Shown one piece after another: positions 23,501-39,024 of a stretch of 64,000 nt of DNA. The DNA is from the human T2T-CHM13v2.0 reference genome, Homo sapiens. The stretch lies in the NCBI RefSeq assembly GCF_009914755.1, contig NC_060944.1; one strand, given 5' to 3'. Below the pieces are notes generated by a model. It saw only the letters and a list, made by a program, of their open reading frames with translations, made no database searches and was not told the DNA's origin. The stretch's first letter is position 1; each line of letters begins with the position of its first letter. The position numbers were made by a program, and so were the translations under genes.

Positions 23501-23719
23501 TTTCTGAGACAAAAACCTTCTGAGCTGATTTTCCTACTGCAAGTAATCCCAGAATGTTGACAGTGTGTCAAAGGAAGTACAGTTCCTTTCCTAGTAGTGA
23601 TACTTCCTGTATTTAAGAGGGTAATAGTACCTTCCATATAACTACATTTCTACCTCTTTAATCCCTGACACTATCTTATCCATAGACATTTTTGGAAACT
23701 AATTCTATTACATCAGCGA

Positions 23720-23935
23720 AGTGGGAAATTCTTTGGACATGAAAGCAGTGGACTTTGTTTCTCAGCCAAACTCTACGGCAGACTTGCCATGTGGATGCCG
23801 CAGGACCCTACAATGGCGGCTCATTTTCACCATTGATGAAATGGGAATTGTCCAGCTGTCCAGACCACTTTGCAGATTACTGGGAGTGGCTAATATGAAT
23901 GGATGGTGAATATAAAAGTATTTTGAGAACTTCCA
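23720..23935 (+). mobile_element. MIR remnant
   Basis: tggacatgaaagcagtggact...ctcattttcaccattgatgaaatgggaat...tataaaagtattttgagaact. Confidence 0.55.
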
Positions 23936-23939
23936 AGTA

Positions 23940-24510
23940 TGTTAGGATAAAGTACTTTTGTTTGTAAGAGAATATAGTATAATTGCAACTGACTTGAGGG
24001 AAAAAAAGTGACTATAAAAGCTTGTCTGTCTAAGAAGTTCACAGATTGAAACTGAGATCAGATTTAGGAGCTGTCATCAATGGAATTTTTCTTTACTTTT
24101 ATCTTTGGGTAATTCTTACTTCTTTTTAGTTTTATTCTCAGGCACAGGGAAGTAAATGGCTTTAGTTAGCACATCTCCATCCCCCCACCACCACTACTCA
24201 GGCATAAGAATATCCTTAGAACTTATGACTCAGGGGAAAAGAGAACAATTTTCTGAGTAACTCTGGCAAAAATCATGGGAAAAACTCCCATGGGACAGGA
24301 TTGTATCACATGCCTATCCCTGAACCAATCACTGTGGCCAGGGATGGTAATATACGAATTGGCTCAAACTTGGCTTACTGACCTATTCTAGGGTCATGGG
24401 ATCTAAATCCACTATGCCATATGGAATAAGCAGGAAGGCTGTGGAGTAAGAAGTGATGATTTTCCCCCCCAAAATAGATACTAGATCAATAACCATATGT
24501 CCAGTGTTGT
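23940..24510 (-). mobile_element. Old MaLR LTR (MLT1J/K-like)
   Basis: tcacatgcctatccctgaaccaatcactgtggccagggatg; tacttttgtttgtaagaga start; strand tentative. Confidence 0.6.
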
Positions 24511-25239
24511 ACACATTGCAAGGTATAATAATTATTAAACAGATAATATCAAATGTTGGTTGCTCTCAAGACCATAGATAACTAATTAGTCCTTGTGGTA
24601 TATTACTCTATTGTGATAATTCATATGATAGGTAAAGTTGTTAGTATCACCAAATTGTCCTAGACTCTTAAGCATTGTTAAATATTTGCATCTGTATTAT
24701 TCTGAAGTTTTTCTGTTTTCCTCTTGTCCATTATTGAAATTTTAATATGCTTTAAGTGTCCCTTCCACCCATTCTACCATGGACCAAGATTCTAGACATT
24801 TATGTTGAGATAGAACTTTGTTTAAATGAGAATATGTAGTTTTGAGAGAGACTCTCTCCTCTAAGAAAAGTTCACAGGTATTGAGACATCTTATTTTAGT
24901 GCTTAGAAGATTTTTATTCTCTGCTGATTTCTGATTTGTGACTTTTTGTCTCAAGAAGAAAAATAGTCCATTCTACCTCAAAAGATAGCTCTGTTAAGGA
25001 ATCTGGATTGGATATCTAGAGTTTAGAGGGTTTTCTTGTTTTTCATTTTTTTCACTAATGAGAGAGCAGGCAATTGTGGCATGTGCTACAACTTCAGAAT
25101 GGTAAGACTTTGATTATATTTCTGAGTCTTCCACTTACAGGTTAATCAAGTTAGTTCAATCTTCATTATTAAAGCACTTTTTAAATTACAGGCACAGTTA
25201 TAGATACTACAGATATAATAAGGGTTATAGTAAATAGCT

Positions 25240-25670
25240 TTTCAGTTATCTATTGCTATAGAACCATTCACCTCAAAACGTATTGGCCTAAAGTAATAAT
25301 CATTTTATTTTCTCCTGATTCTGTAATCTGCACTGGACTTGGCTATGTGGTTCTTCTGCTGGTGTCACTTGAAGTCTCCATGGGGCTGTAGTAATTTTGA
25401 TGATAATCTGGTCCTGGCGGATCCAGGAGGGCTTCACTTACAAATCTGGCATCTTAATGCTCCTCTTCATGGTCTCTCTTTTCACATAGACTGATCATAC
25501 AGTGACCTAGTCCAAGCTTTGTTACAGCATGGCAATTGGTTCAAAGTGTGAGTACCCCAAGAAGATAATGCCCCGTTGGCCATTCACATGACCAAGTCTC
25601 TACCCAGTGCTGGAGGGGAATGCACAGCAGTGAGTTTCACTGGGTACTATCAAAGTAATGGCCTACTACA
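25240..25670 (-). mobile_element. MLT1 (G/H-like) LTR
   Basis: tcagttatctattgctata...cacctcaaaac...gtggttcttctgctgg...gggcttcacttacaaatctggc. Confidence 0.7.
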
Positions 25671-25702
25671 AGTGGTTCTAACTAAACCTGTGATTTTCAA
25701 AG

Positions 25703-26140
25703 TGTATATCTTAATTTGTTTTCTGTTGCCTACAGCAGGATACATGAAACTGGGTAATTTATAAAAAAAGAAGTTATTTCTTGCAGTAATGGAAGTTGAG
25801 AAGTACAGAGTTGAGGGACACATCCAGTAAGACCCTTCTTGCTGGTGAGGATTCTCTGCAGAGTCCTGAAGTGGTTCAGGGCATCACATAGTCAGGGGGC
25901 TGAGCATCCTAACTCAGATTTCTTTTCCTTTTCTTATAAAGCCACTGGTCCCACTCCTATGATAATCCATCAATCCATTAGCCCATTAACCTTCTAATCC
26001 ATAAGTGGATTAATCCATTCATGAGGGCAGAGTCCTCATGACCCAATTGCTTCTTAAAAGTCCCACCTCTCAATACTTTCACATTGGGAATTAAATTTCA
26101 ATATGAATTTGGGAGGGGAACAAATATTTAAACCATAACT
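25703..26140 (-). mobile_element. MST (MSTC-like) MaLR solo LTR
   Basis: gaaactgggtaatttataaaaaaagaa...ttaatccattcatgagggcagagtcctcatgaccc...aaatatttaaaccataac. Confidence 0.9.
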
Positions 26141-26744
26141 GTGTTCTTTCACATCCCTAGAATTCCAAACAACACTTCAGAGTGAAGTAGATAAGCCTCA
26201 ATTCAACAGTAAGAATTTCACTTACAAGTATTAGGCATTAGCAGTGAAGATTTCTATTGAGGAAACTGTTCCACTGCTAAGAGTATATATATTTTAGAAT
26301 CATCGAACTATATGATTTCTTTTAAGTTAAACATTTTGTGATTTTATGACTCAAGGAGTTCTCGGGCCACTTAGTTGATCTGTCCTCAGATGATAACACA
26401 TATTCTTATCTACTCTACTGGATAGTTTCCAAATGGATGCAATAATGTCTCCACACTGCTTAGAAGACCTCAACAGCAACACTGAATGCGCCCATTGGTT
26501 TTCAATTCATTTTCTGCATCACATCCTGCATGGGAAATACCTCTGCTATTTAGAGAGTTAATATCCGTAATTATGAGCACTTATGAATTTACAGGCAGGT
26601 GTTAACATTAAGGAAGTCAGTACTGTGAACATATATTCATTTGAAATGTACTGTCCTGTATATGTGACCATGATATCATCATTCCCTGTGAACAGCACAC
26701 ACACTATTTTATTTCTAAAATTGTAAGTATTTTTCAAGTAGCAA

Positions 26745-26995
26745 CTATAACAGCTATCATATATTGAATCCTTATTGTATGCCAGTCACTGTGCTAGGTG
26801 CTTCTCATATCTCCCCCTAAATACTTTCAAAACCTCTTCAAAGTTGGTGCTAGTATTATTCCCATTGAATGAACAAAGAAGGAAATGGAAACTTAGTAAG
26901 TGATCCAATTCCATGCAGCTAAGAAGAGAGTGCCAGAGCTGAAATGTGAATCCAGACTTTTCTGGATTCACAAAACCAGTCGTCTTTCTCTCCAG
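26745..26995 (-). mobile_element. MIR
   Basis: tattgaatccttattgtatgccagtcactgtgctagg...tattattcccatt...agtgccagagctgaaatgtgaatccag. Confidence 0.8.
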
Positions 26996-27129
26996 CATGT
27001 TTCGGTCCTCCCATACCTCACCCCATTCCTCTTGTGATTAAGGACATAAGCTAAGGTGTGAGGCTTTGGCATATGGAAAAGGAACATACTTGTCAAGACA
27101 GGGCTGGACTCTGGCTATTGCCAGCAGCG

Positions 27130-27301
27130 TGGATGGGTTCTCAACTTTAGCTGCACATTGAAATAATCCTAGGGGCATTTAAAAAATCCTGATGCCTGGG
27201 TTCCGCTTTTTGAATCCCTGATTGAAATTAGTCCTGGTGCAGCATAGGCATTGGAGTTTTCCAAGTAGTTCTAGCAATGCAGCCAGGGCTGAGAAGCCCT
27301 G
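27130..27301 (+). mobile_element. MER5B MITE
   Basis: ggttctcaactttagctgcacattgaaat...aaaaatcctgatgcctggg...aatgcagccagggctgagaa. Confidence 0.8.
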
Positions 27302-27391
27302 ACATAGAGGAACCACATTTAAGTGCCTCCAAGATGTAATGAGCTACTTGCCAGTATCCCCTCTTTCATGTCATTGCATGTAATAATGTAA

Positions 27392-27714
<323 letters not shown>

Positions 27715-28440
27715 CATTGCATGTAATGCTCCTATATGGAATGCTCTTACTTTGTTTTTCCTTGAGAAACTCCTAATCATGCTTCAAAACCCAGACCCAG
27801 TGAACAAAAAGGAAATAATCAAGGGGAACCAAAAAGTGTGCAAACATTCAGACCAACATTTTAAAAATATCCAGGTTAATGATCACTACCTCCCAAAGTT
27901 TCTTAGCACATTCCCTCAACATACTGACTGATTCTACCTAAAGAATTTCTGCTTCTTAATTCTTAGACTCCACCATCTGCCCCATCTCTTTTTAGTCCTC
28001 TCACTTTTGGAAGAGATGCCCCAATCACTCCTGGTTCTGTGAATCAACTGGGAGCTAGCTGGGGAGGAGGAAATGATGCCAGTACTCCAGTTTTACCTTT
28101 TTAAAATCTCTTCTGATTATAGAAAAGTCTTGTGAGGATGCACAGTGGGCTGCAGGGCTGTTGAGCTCATAGAATCAGTGAGAGTCACATGCGGCTTTCT
28201 CTCATGGGAGGGTAAAATGTGTTTACTCATTCAGCTTAGTGCAGTTTACTATCATCACTTTATCCTACACAATTAGTTGGATTTGAGGGGGCATGAAAAA
28301 GATGAGAAAAATGTTGAAAATGGAAAACACTATAGGGAAAATAACAACTCTTAACACGCTTGAGACATATCTCAAGCAAGGCTATTGGACTATGGGTAAA
28401 ATTCTCCCAAGGTCTACGTTGTTTATTAAAACCTATTGTG

Positions 28441-28779
28441 GGCTGAGTACGGTGACTCACACCTGTAATCCCAGCACTTGGGGGGGCTGAGCCAGGTGGA
28501 TCACTTGAATCCAGGAGTTTGAGACCCAGCCTGGGCAACACAATGAGACCCCATCTCTTAAAAAAAATGTATAAATGAGGCAGGTGTGGTATTGTGCATT
28601 TATAGTCCTAGCTACTTGGGAGGCCAACGTGGGATCACTTGAGTCCAGGAGGAGTTCAAGGATGCAGTGAGCTATGATCATACCACTACACTCCAGCCTG
28701 AGTGACAGAGTGACACCCTGTCTCGGAAAAACAAAAACAACAGCAAAAATACAAACCAAAAAACAGAAAACAAAAACCC
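28441..28779 (+). mobile_element. Full-length AluJ
   Basis: Both arms, diverged; TSD aacctattgtg (28430-28440 / 28780-28790). Confidence 0.95.
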
Positions 28780-28959
28780 AACCTATTGTGTCTAATTTTT
28801 TAAAGATCTCTCAACCTTGCTTAAGTGACCAACACTTAAATCTTCTCTAATTGTTTAGTTTACATTTATTTCACCTCACAAAATAAATTGCAAGATTCTT
28901 AAGAACTATATTTGTCACTGCATGATTATACCATCATCATCATAGTCATCGTATCATTC

Positions 28960-29230
28960 TTATCTTCATAGCTAACAGTTGTATAGAACTTACCATTTGC
29001 TGAATACTCTTCTAAGAACATTAAGCATATAAACTAATTTACATATTTTATGGTTCACAACATCTCTATGAAAAGTTACAATATCCCTATTTTACATATT
29101 AGAAAACTGAAGCATAGAAACATTAATTGATTTCATTTTCTAATGTACACTCAGTTGATAAATGGGAAATACTCTGATGACCCCAGAAATCTAATTCTGA
29201 GGTCTAGATTCTTAATCTCTATATGTTACC
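28960..29230 (-). mobile_element. MIR
   Basis: atagctaacagttgtatagaacttaccattt...atccctattttacatattagaaaactgaagcatagaa. Confidence 0.75.
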
Positions 29231-29633
29231 ATTTTCTGGCATATTCGTAAAAGGAAAATAAGTTATTGTTATTATGAACAGGTAACATATGGTTCTCTTT
29301 ATTTAATGTACTCAGGAATGATAGAGAGAGTCACTGCTAAGGTTTCAAAAAGACAGTCTAGGGAAAGTACCTCCCTTAAATATGCATGTGCAATCTGTAC
29401 ATCTATACATGAAAATGAAATGTCAATGGCATACATCAAAATGTTAGCAGTGGATATTTGGGATGGTGGGATTTTGGGTGGCATTTTTTTCTTTCTTTGT
29501 GTTGTTTTGAACTTTTACAAATATTTGCTACATTGAATATTAGATATTGCTATATAGTATATATTATATTTATTATCCAGAAGGAAAGAGGCAGCTTATG
29601 AGAGTGTCAGCAAAGTATAAACTGTATCCTTTC

Positions 29634-29720
29634 CCTAGAAGAATCAGAAAACAAAGCCTAGAAGAATCAGAAAACCCTAAAGGAATCAGAAAACAAGCGT
29701 AGAAAGCCATAGAAGAAGAA
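29634..29720 (+). repeat. Imperfect ~23 bp tandem repeat, 3-4 copies
   Basis: cctagaagaatcagaaaacaaag cctagaagaatcagaaaac cctaaaggaatcagaaaacaag cgtagaa. Confidence 0.85.
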
Positions 29721-29994
29721 ATTGGAACAGAAAAGAAATTTTCTCATGTTCCCCTCCTTCCTCCATGGTAGCCTTATGCTAGCAGCAGGCTGCAGCCCAG
29801 GTAGGAAGGCTGACCAAAACTGAATCATGTTGGAGCTTTGACATTTACAAGAACTAGACATTTTAATTACTTTTCTGATTTAAACTCATGGAGAATTTTT
29901 ATCACATACTTGTCATGGGATAAGTCATAGGACCTGCTAAGCTTTTTTTCAGGGCAAAGAAAAAACAACCAAGGAGCAGATTTAAAAAGAATTA

Positions 29995-30324
<330 letters not shown>

Positions 30325-30829
30325 GTAACGTTAGTTACAGGATTAACCCACCCCCACCAGGAGTCCTGCCTCGTTTACTATCCATCAGGAGTCCTTCAGT
30401 GTTTACCATTTGTTTGCATATACAAATATTTATGAAGAAAGAGAGGCAGAGAGAGGAAAAGGAGAGAAAAAGATAAAATGATTTTATCATATTTTGTATA
30501 AAGTTTAATAAATATATTTCACCTTTGGCCTTTTTTAAAGAGCCTGCTAAAAGATTTTAGCTACTTTTCTACAATTTCTGAACATAAAACTCACTGATGT
30601 TTCTTCTGATTTTAACAAAACGTTGAGATAGACCTTGAGGGGGGGCTCTGGATTATGCAGGTACGTATGTAAATGTGTTATGGGGGAAGGAGAATACACT
30701 CGACTAGCTTTGCTATCACCAAAAAAAAAAAAGGCTCTTCATGCTAGGGATAAGCTTTCAACTTGGCCTTGAAGGATAAATAGAGAGGTAGTATAGCACA
30801 GTATTTACATGCAAGAACTTAAGAGTTAG

Positions 30830-31204
<375 letters not shown>

Positions 31205-31471
31205 AATGCTCAGTTCTTATTAATTGAGGGACCTGGGATAATCTTTCCAAGCTAAGTTGTGAAATAAGAATTATTATTTAATCACATTTTGTTGTATCTT
31301 TCATTTTATATTAACTTAATTAAACATAATCAGATAACATAGTATTATTGATTATAGATGTATAATAATAATAATGCAGGTGTCTTTCTCCGGATTTATG
31401 ATTATTATACAGTCTAACTCTGAATATGCCAAGCATAGTGCCTATTAGGAGGTATTCAAAAAATGGCAGCA

Positions 31472-31793
31472 GGCCAGCCGTAGTGGCTCACGCCTATAAT
31501 CCCAGAACTTCGGGATGCCAAGGTGGGAAGATTATTTGAGCCCAGGAATTTGAGACCAATCTGAGTAAGGTACTGAGACCCTATTTCTACAATAAATATA
31601 CAATTAAAAATATTATCTGGGTGTGTTGGTGCACATCTGTAGTCCAAGCTACTCAGCAGGCTGAGGTGGGAGGATCACTTGAGCCTGGGAGGCTGAGGCT
31701 TCAGTGAGCCCTTGTTGCACCACTGCACTCCAGCCTGGGCAACAGAGTGAGACCTGGTCTCAAAAAAAAAAAAATAATAAAATAAAAAAAAAA
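31472..31793 (+). mobile_element. Full-length AluJ
   Basis: Both arms and poly(A); TSD-like aaaaatggcagca / aaaggtgacagca. Confidence 0.95.
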
Positions 31794-32464
31794 AGGTGAC
31801 AGCAGCTACTACCACCATCAGAAATTGGCTAGATCCTCAAATAGGGGGATGAGCTCCCAGGCAGAAGGAAGAATGCACGTAGGTGTGTTTAGAACATGCT
31901 GATTATGCTACAGAGAACCCAAGAATGAGGAAGCTGCTTTAAGATTATCTGGAAAATGGAAATGGAAACCTGTATAAGCGGAAATAGGAATGTCAGAAGT
32001 GAAAGGAGACTGTGGCATCTTCATCTGGGTCCCTTCAGCCTCCTCTTTGGTTTCATTTGCATCCCTCCAGCCCCGGAATAACCCCCTCTGACAGCACATT
32101 ATAAAGCTTTCAAGAGCAGGCGAGAGAAGGCACAAGGAAATGGAATGACCGCACTAACAAGTAATGAGTGGTTCCCACACAGCCTTTTACAAGGGAATTA
32201 ATCTTTTATTAAGAGAGGAAAGTATGCCCAAATGCTTCAGGGTCTTTTTGCTCATGATTACACGTGCCATGGGAAGTTCAAATTCCTCCTGAGAGCCTCC
32301 GTCAAAAGCAATCTTCTAACGTCTCCTTTGGAAGCTGAAACTCTCCAGGGATTAGTATCGTTTTTCTTTTTTGATCTTGTGTGAATGAGGAGTTTAAGGA
32401 CAAAATATACTGTTGGCTGCTTACTAAATACCTCCTTTCTGTACAGGATGCTGAGAGAAATTCA

Positions 32465-33300
<836 letters not shown>

Positions 33301-33439
33301 ACCTCTCCTGCAGGAGTGAAGAGCTCATAAATGGGAACAAGGCTTCTGGGCCTACAGGAAATGCTAACTATAAAACCTGGAGAGAATTAAATGTTACCTA
33401 GAATGCCATTTTAGAAATGAAACATGGCACACATAAGAA

Positions 33440-33675
33440 GACAGGTCTGTGTAGCGGTTGAAAGCACTAAGTCGGGAGATAAATAGAAACACAACACCTA
33501 ATGCTGTCATTTCTTAGCTGGTTGGCCTTGGGCATGTTTCTCAAACTCCCTTTGCAAAAAGGCTAATTGTCACTTTCATTTAGGTGGCAAGATTTCAATG
33601 AGATTGTCCCTGGAAGTACTTTGTACGTTATCTGGCTCATGGTAAATATGCAAAAGATTTGACTGTATCATTATT
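33440..33675 (+). mobile_element. MIR
   Basis: gtgtagcggttgaaagcac...cttagctggttggccttgggcatgtttct...tctggctcatggtaaatatgc. Confidence 0.75.
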
Positions 33676-33959
33676 GCCAGGCCAGCTCCTCTTCCTTGCG
33701 AAGATAAAGTCCCTAAATAATAAAAATATAGCTAATATATAAGCCCTAAAAATAATGTTCCAGATCTAACTTGCAACCGTGGAGTTTTTGGAGACGTTTG
33801 AAAACTGTGGAAGGAGAGAAATGGAGACTTCAATGCAATTAGGAAAAAGAGTCCCAAAAGCCAAGTATGCTCATTCTTATAGTATTTGAGCAGATAACTG
33901 CATGGAGACTCAAAGGGAATAGAGTTTTGTACAGCATTAATACAACTTTTCAATAGCAA

Positions 33960-34172
33960 GGATTAAAAAAAGAAAGGAATGGAGGAAGGAAACAAGGCGG
34001 GTAATAAAGAGGAATGAAGGAATAAAGGAGACAAGAAAGGGAGATGTTGAAGGAAGGCAAGGAGGGAAGGGGAAGAAGAGAGAGCAGGGAGAGAATGAGG
34101 AGAGGGAGTGAAGTTAGGAGGACGGAAAAAAAAGGAAGAGGGAAAGGAAGAAAAGAAGAAAGGAAGAAAAGC
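33960..34172 (+). repeat. GA-rich polypurine low-complexity tract
   Basis: ~210 bp of mostly G/A (ggaaggaa, gaaaagaagaaaggaagaaaag). Confidence 0.9.
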
Positions 34173-36339
34173 AGTACTGGTCCTGTAGGGGAATGAGATT
34201 CTGACAAATGACCCTATCTACACTTTCCCCCAGAAGTATTCAAGCCAAGAATAAATGCTTATGAGGGATTCCTGCATGAGTGGGTTCCTGCAAGATTTTT
34301 AAAGGCCTTTCTAAGTCCATTTTTAGATGAAACTTTGGATTTTGAATACTGCAGATGATGGGATAATGCAAATACGTAAAACAAACCCCTTGTGACTGTT
34401 TTCTTGCAGCTATGCTTTCAAATCCCAAAGAGCAAAACTAAAATTTTTTCCAAAGTCATTATATGCATAAAATGTGAGCTATCATTACTGCATGTCCAAG
34501 GCTGGCAGATACCTTGCTCTTTCACTCAAATTTGTAGAAGTGCATGACATTTATGATCTAATTCCTCTGGAGTCCAACCCTCATTAAACATTCAGAAGTA
34601 GTTTCTTTATCCAAATTAGCAACCAAATGACATTTTTTCACTTAGGGCAACTCAGTGCTGCAACATTTGCTCATGAATACTTATTTTTTAGTGGAATTTA
34701 AGAAAAAGGGCCCTTGTCCTTACAAATCTAGACCTTTCTAAGAAAGCATATGTGACCAATGTCACCTTTGATTTTACAGAATTTGACTTTTCCCCACTTA
34801 AAAGAGCATCTTTGACTTCTACCAAGGATTCAGGTCTTGCGTATGCTATTAATTTGACTGTTGAAATGTATTATTATTACACTATTGTCTTGGATTGAAC
34901 TTGCATTTGCCACCTTAATTCAACCTTGAAGACAACATGCACTATTGATCCTCTTGAATGGGTTTATTTAGAGAAGCATAGCTCAGCTCTCTGTACCAAC
35001 TGGGGGTTTGAACACCTGCTGTGTCTAGATTCTGCTATCGACTACACAGATCTGGGAACACTTATAGGCACTGATGTTTACTGTCATTTTTAAGTATCTG
35101 AGATTGTGTTTTATTTATTTCTGGATACAATGGCTAAGGTTTGCGTAAGCTGCTACCTCTGAAGCTTTGTAGCAGCTCTGTATTCTGAATAAAAAGTTTT
35201 TCCTTAGGCATGGTTTATTCTGTTATCAATCAGCACATTTTCTCACAAGTATGACTTTTTATTTAAAAATATTATACAATGGGAAATAATAAATGTTGTA
35301 TAACACTGACTTAAGGGTATTTATTCATGTAGGTAGAAAGCCAAGACACGACACAGAAGAACTTCCTGCACAAAGGGACAGCATGTCTGAATTTTCATGT
35401 TATGAAAAGTCATGAGGTGAAGAATTTCCACTAGATGTTTATTTAAAAGAGCTACATGGTACCTAATTTCAAGCAAATAAAAAACAATGTTGTCATTTTA
35501 CGGGCCTTGCAAATGGGAAATGACCTTTAATAGGAGGAATAAACTTCAGCCACGCTAGTTTAAAGACAGAAGGTGGCATATCAGAAAGATTCTTGGTTCA
35601 TAAAACAAAGCTTGGGATTTTTTTTTTCTGATCAGAGATTGTATGAGAAGCTTGTCAGTATCCTCAAGCTCAGTCTCCTTACTTTTAGAGAAGACAAAAC
35701 TGACGCTTAGAGAGGAGAAATGTTCAGGAAATGCCCTAGTGGAAGATTACCAACTAGAACCTTGGCTTCCTGAAACTTGGCTCAGTTACCTCAGCCCAAC
35801 TGATGTAGAGGAACTCCCCTACAAATTCAGTATGTGCCAGGACCCTCCCAATTTCAACCTGGATCAGCTGGAGTGGCCTCCTTGACCAGTAGAGTAGGCA
35901 AGGTGGGACCACGCATGAGGGCTAACCCTTGCTATTAAGGGAATGCTGCTCAGTTCTGACTTAGGCTAGGGGACCACACTTGATGAGTTCTGGAATGTCC
36001 TCTCTGGCCCTGATGCTGTGAGTGCCTAACAGGGTGCTGAGTATATAGTTGGCATTTAATAAATATGTTTTAAATGGCTGCATGCTTGCCCATCTTGCTA
36101 TACTCTTCTATAATAATCTTAATAAATCAGTGCTCTTATTATATACTATGACCATATTAATCTTCACAATACCTCATTCTTTACGGGGTCAAGTTCAAAC
36201 TCCCATTATTCTGCTTGGAATAATATTATATTCCTTAGCCTCTTATCTATCTCAATTAAGACAATCTTCCTAGCTGTATATGAAAATCTTGCCTCTTGTG
36301 TGAAACCTTCTTTGATTAGCCTAAATTTATCTCATCTTT

Positions 36340-36698
36340 CTCTGAAAGCACATTATGTACAGCCCACAATCAGGGCAGCCAGAATGTGCTGTGGAATTAA
36401 CCCCTTCAGGAGTCATCGTCATACAGTAAGGAAATGGGAACCAGTGGTGCAGTTGTGTGTTCATTCTTCAAAAAGTCACTGATGGCATTGAGTCCCATTT
36501 GCCCAAAGTGGTGACCTGCTGTACAAGGGGTTTTACTACATACAGTTCACAATTTATTTTGAGTGAATCTTTTCCTCCCTCCCCATCTCACTTTCCCTAC
36601 ACCCTCATTTGTGCTTCCTGGGGCCACCTCATAGATATACTACTCGCACCTTAGTCTTTGTTTCAAGGCTTGCATTTAAAGAAACTCAAAGTAAGACA
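36340..36698 (+). mobile_element. LTR33-family (ERVL) LTR
   Basis: ggcattgagtcccatttgcccaaagtggtgacctgc...gtgcttcctgggccacctc...aaactcaaagtaagaca. Confidence 0.7.
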
Positions 36699-36959
36699 CC
36701 ATATATTAAAAGGCTTAGAAAACCACAAAGTGCCTAGTGTAGAGCAATGCACATTATATAAGCTAAAATTATACAGATTAAATAAGTGGATGAATGGAAA
36801 CTAAGTAAAAAATATGCCCTATGTCAAAATATGTTTGGTGGTTTTTTTTTTTTTTTTTTTTGTCTCCCGTGAAGCTGTCAGATTGTACGAAGTTCCGAAT
36901 TCATGATTAGTAATATGGATGCATCAGAGTTTCTGTTTACTCCTATCATGCTCCTATTA

Positions 36960-37375
36960 TAGACCTCTTTTTGCCCTGGCAACCTCTCCTTTCCTGGCTA
37001 GTGCACCCATTCCCCAGCTGTTGAGCTGGCCATTAGAGAATTGCCCTAAGCCAAGCAGAGCGACTTCATTCAGGAGGTCACGTCCACCCTCCAGAGGCAG
37101 CCAAAGACTGACTGGTATGATGGGGTCACTAAAGGCGATTCCCTTCACCTCAAAGGGGGGTTCTGCAGTAAAATTCATGATACAGAGCTCCTGTGGGATC
37201 AGGCTGAAGCTAGAATCTAGCTGATATCACATCAGCTCATCTCACATTGCTCAACTCCTTTCCCTCCCTTTTCATGTTTTCCTCACTCCCCTTTCCCTGA
37301 GAGCCCTCTTTCAATATATCACATGGATCTGAATTCCTATCTCAGGGTTTGATTGTAGAGAACCTGATTTAAGAC
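36960..37375 (+). mobile_element. LTR16 (C-like) solo LTR
   Basis: cagccaaagactgactggtatg...agagctcctgtgggatcaggctgaagctaga...tctcagggttt...agagaacctgatttaagaca. Confidence 0.8.
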
Positions 37376-37929
37376 ACCTCTTGCTATGCATTGATCTTAA
37401 CCTCCAGGTTAAGACCCTTTGACCACCTACTATTATATTTCTCATATAATGTGGCAATTCATTTATTTAAATATATTGCAGAAATTTCACCCACGCAAAA
37501 AGGTAAGACCTGCTGCTCCTTATTACCATTTCCATCTCTCCCTATGAAAAGACTAAGAATACTATTTGGCATCTCTTTGTAGAAGCAGCCAAGGAAGGTA
37601 TAGACTCCATTCAGCACACGGAATAAGAAAGCGATAAATTTCTTTGCAAAGCATAAATTAACTTTCTTTGAAGAAAAAACATGCTTTTTCTGTTTCTGGC
37701 CATAGAAATTTTACTGACACATCATGTATAATGATATTTAGTATAGCTCAGCTAATAATTTACAAGAGGCCACTCTGAGGTTAGAATATTTTAACTGCCC
37801 TATTGCTTTTGCAATTGAAGGGACCAGAGCAGCTAGAAAGACCAAAAACAACCTTTTAAATTCCCTAAAGCCTTGTTTAATGGAGTGTATACAGTCAAAC
37901 TTCAACAATTCATGGCTAGATTATCTATG

Positions 37930-38095
37930 ACAGTGTTTCTCAGACTTTAATGTGCAGGGGAGTCACCCTGGGATCTTGCTTAAATGCATATACTCTGATT
38001 CAGTCACTAGGGTAGTGGCGGAGAGTGTACATATCTGAAAAATCTCTTCTAAGATGATGATCCCGAGATAGATTTCACTCTAAGTAGCAAGGTCT
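37930..38095 (+). mobile_element. MER5A-like MITE
   Basis: cagtgtttctcagactttaatgtgca...gagtcaccctgggatcttgcttaaatgca...tctgattcagt...cactctaagtagcaagg. Confidence 0.75.
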
Positions 38096-38164
38096 TATAT
38101 TTTTGTATTTTTTTTTGTTCTTCTGTTACTATATGGATAATGCAATCTAAAGATAAGATTTAAA

Positions 38165-38585
38165 GTTTTCTTTTCTTGTTTTGCATTGCTATAAAGAATA
38201 CCTGAGGCTGGGTAATTTGTAATAAAAAAAAAGATTATTTGTCTCATGATTCTGATGGCTGGTAAGTTCACGATTGGGTATCTGCATCTGGTGAGAACCT
38301 CAGGCTGCTTCCACTAATGGTGGAAGGTGAAGGGGAGCCAGTGTGTGCTCCCTTTCCTTTGATGAGAGAGGGCGCAAGAGAGTGGGGAGTTGCTAGGCTC
38401 GTTTTAACAACCAGGTCTCACCCAAACTAATAGCGTGAGAACTCATTTATCCCTAAGGGATGGCATTAATCTGTTCCTGAGGGATCCACTCCCACTAGGC
38501 TCCACCTTCTAATACCAACACAGTGGGAATCAAATTTTAACATGAGATTTGCTGGGGACAGACAAACCATATCCAAACCATACTA
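38165..38585 (-). mobile_element. MSTB-like MaLR solo LTR
   Basis: ttgcattgctataaagaatacctgaggctgggtaattt...tctggtgagaacctcaggctgcttccact...acatgagatttgctggggacagacaaaccatatccaaaccata. Confidence 0.9.
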
Positions 38586-39024
38586 AAAGTCTAACATTGA
38601 GGCCCTTCCTGACTGTGCCAAATTGACCTCCTTGACCATGATGATAAAGTCTTACTCCAGGAACATATAATGGTCTTGCACACGGTATGGAATAAAACAC
38701 AGGCTGGTTTTTGGTCAATTAATTTTCTAGAAAGAATTGGGCTGAGATTGGACTTCTCCTAAATACACATCTTCACCTAGATTTTAGAAAAGGCTATCAC
38801 CTTAAGTGATAACAAAAGAAAAATAAACACAGTCAATACAAAGACCATGAGAAATCTGGTTTATAACAATAAAGTTCTGATAGTATTCTACCTTTCTTGT
38901 TCTTTGGAGCTACCACTTCATAACTGGAAATTTTACTTAGTTTTTCAATGCCTCACAAAGGTCCAGTCTTTATCTTCAACATGAACCATTTAAATTAAGG
39001 CCTATTTTTACAGTAATTCAAAAT

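Noticed and set aside
33950-34207. Hydrophobic 85 aa ORF resembling a membrane peptide
   Set aside because: Translation of the CT-rich strand of a low-complexity tract
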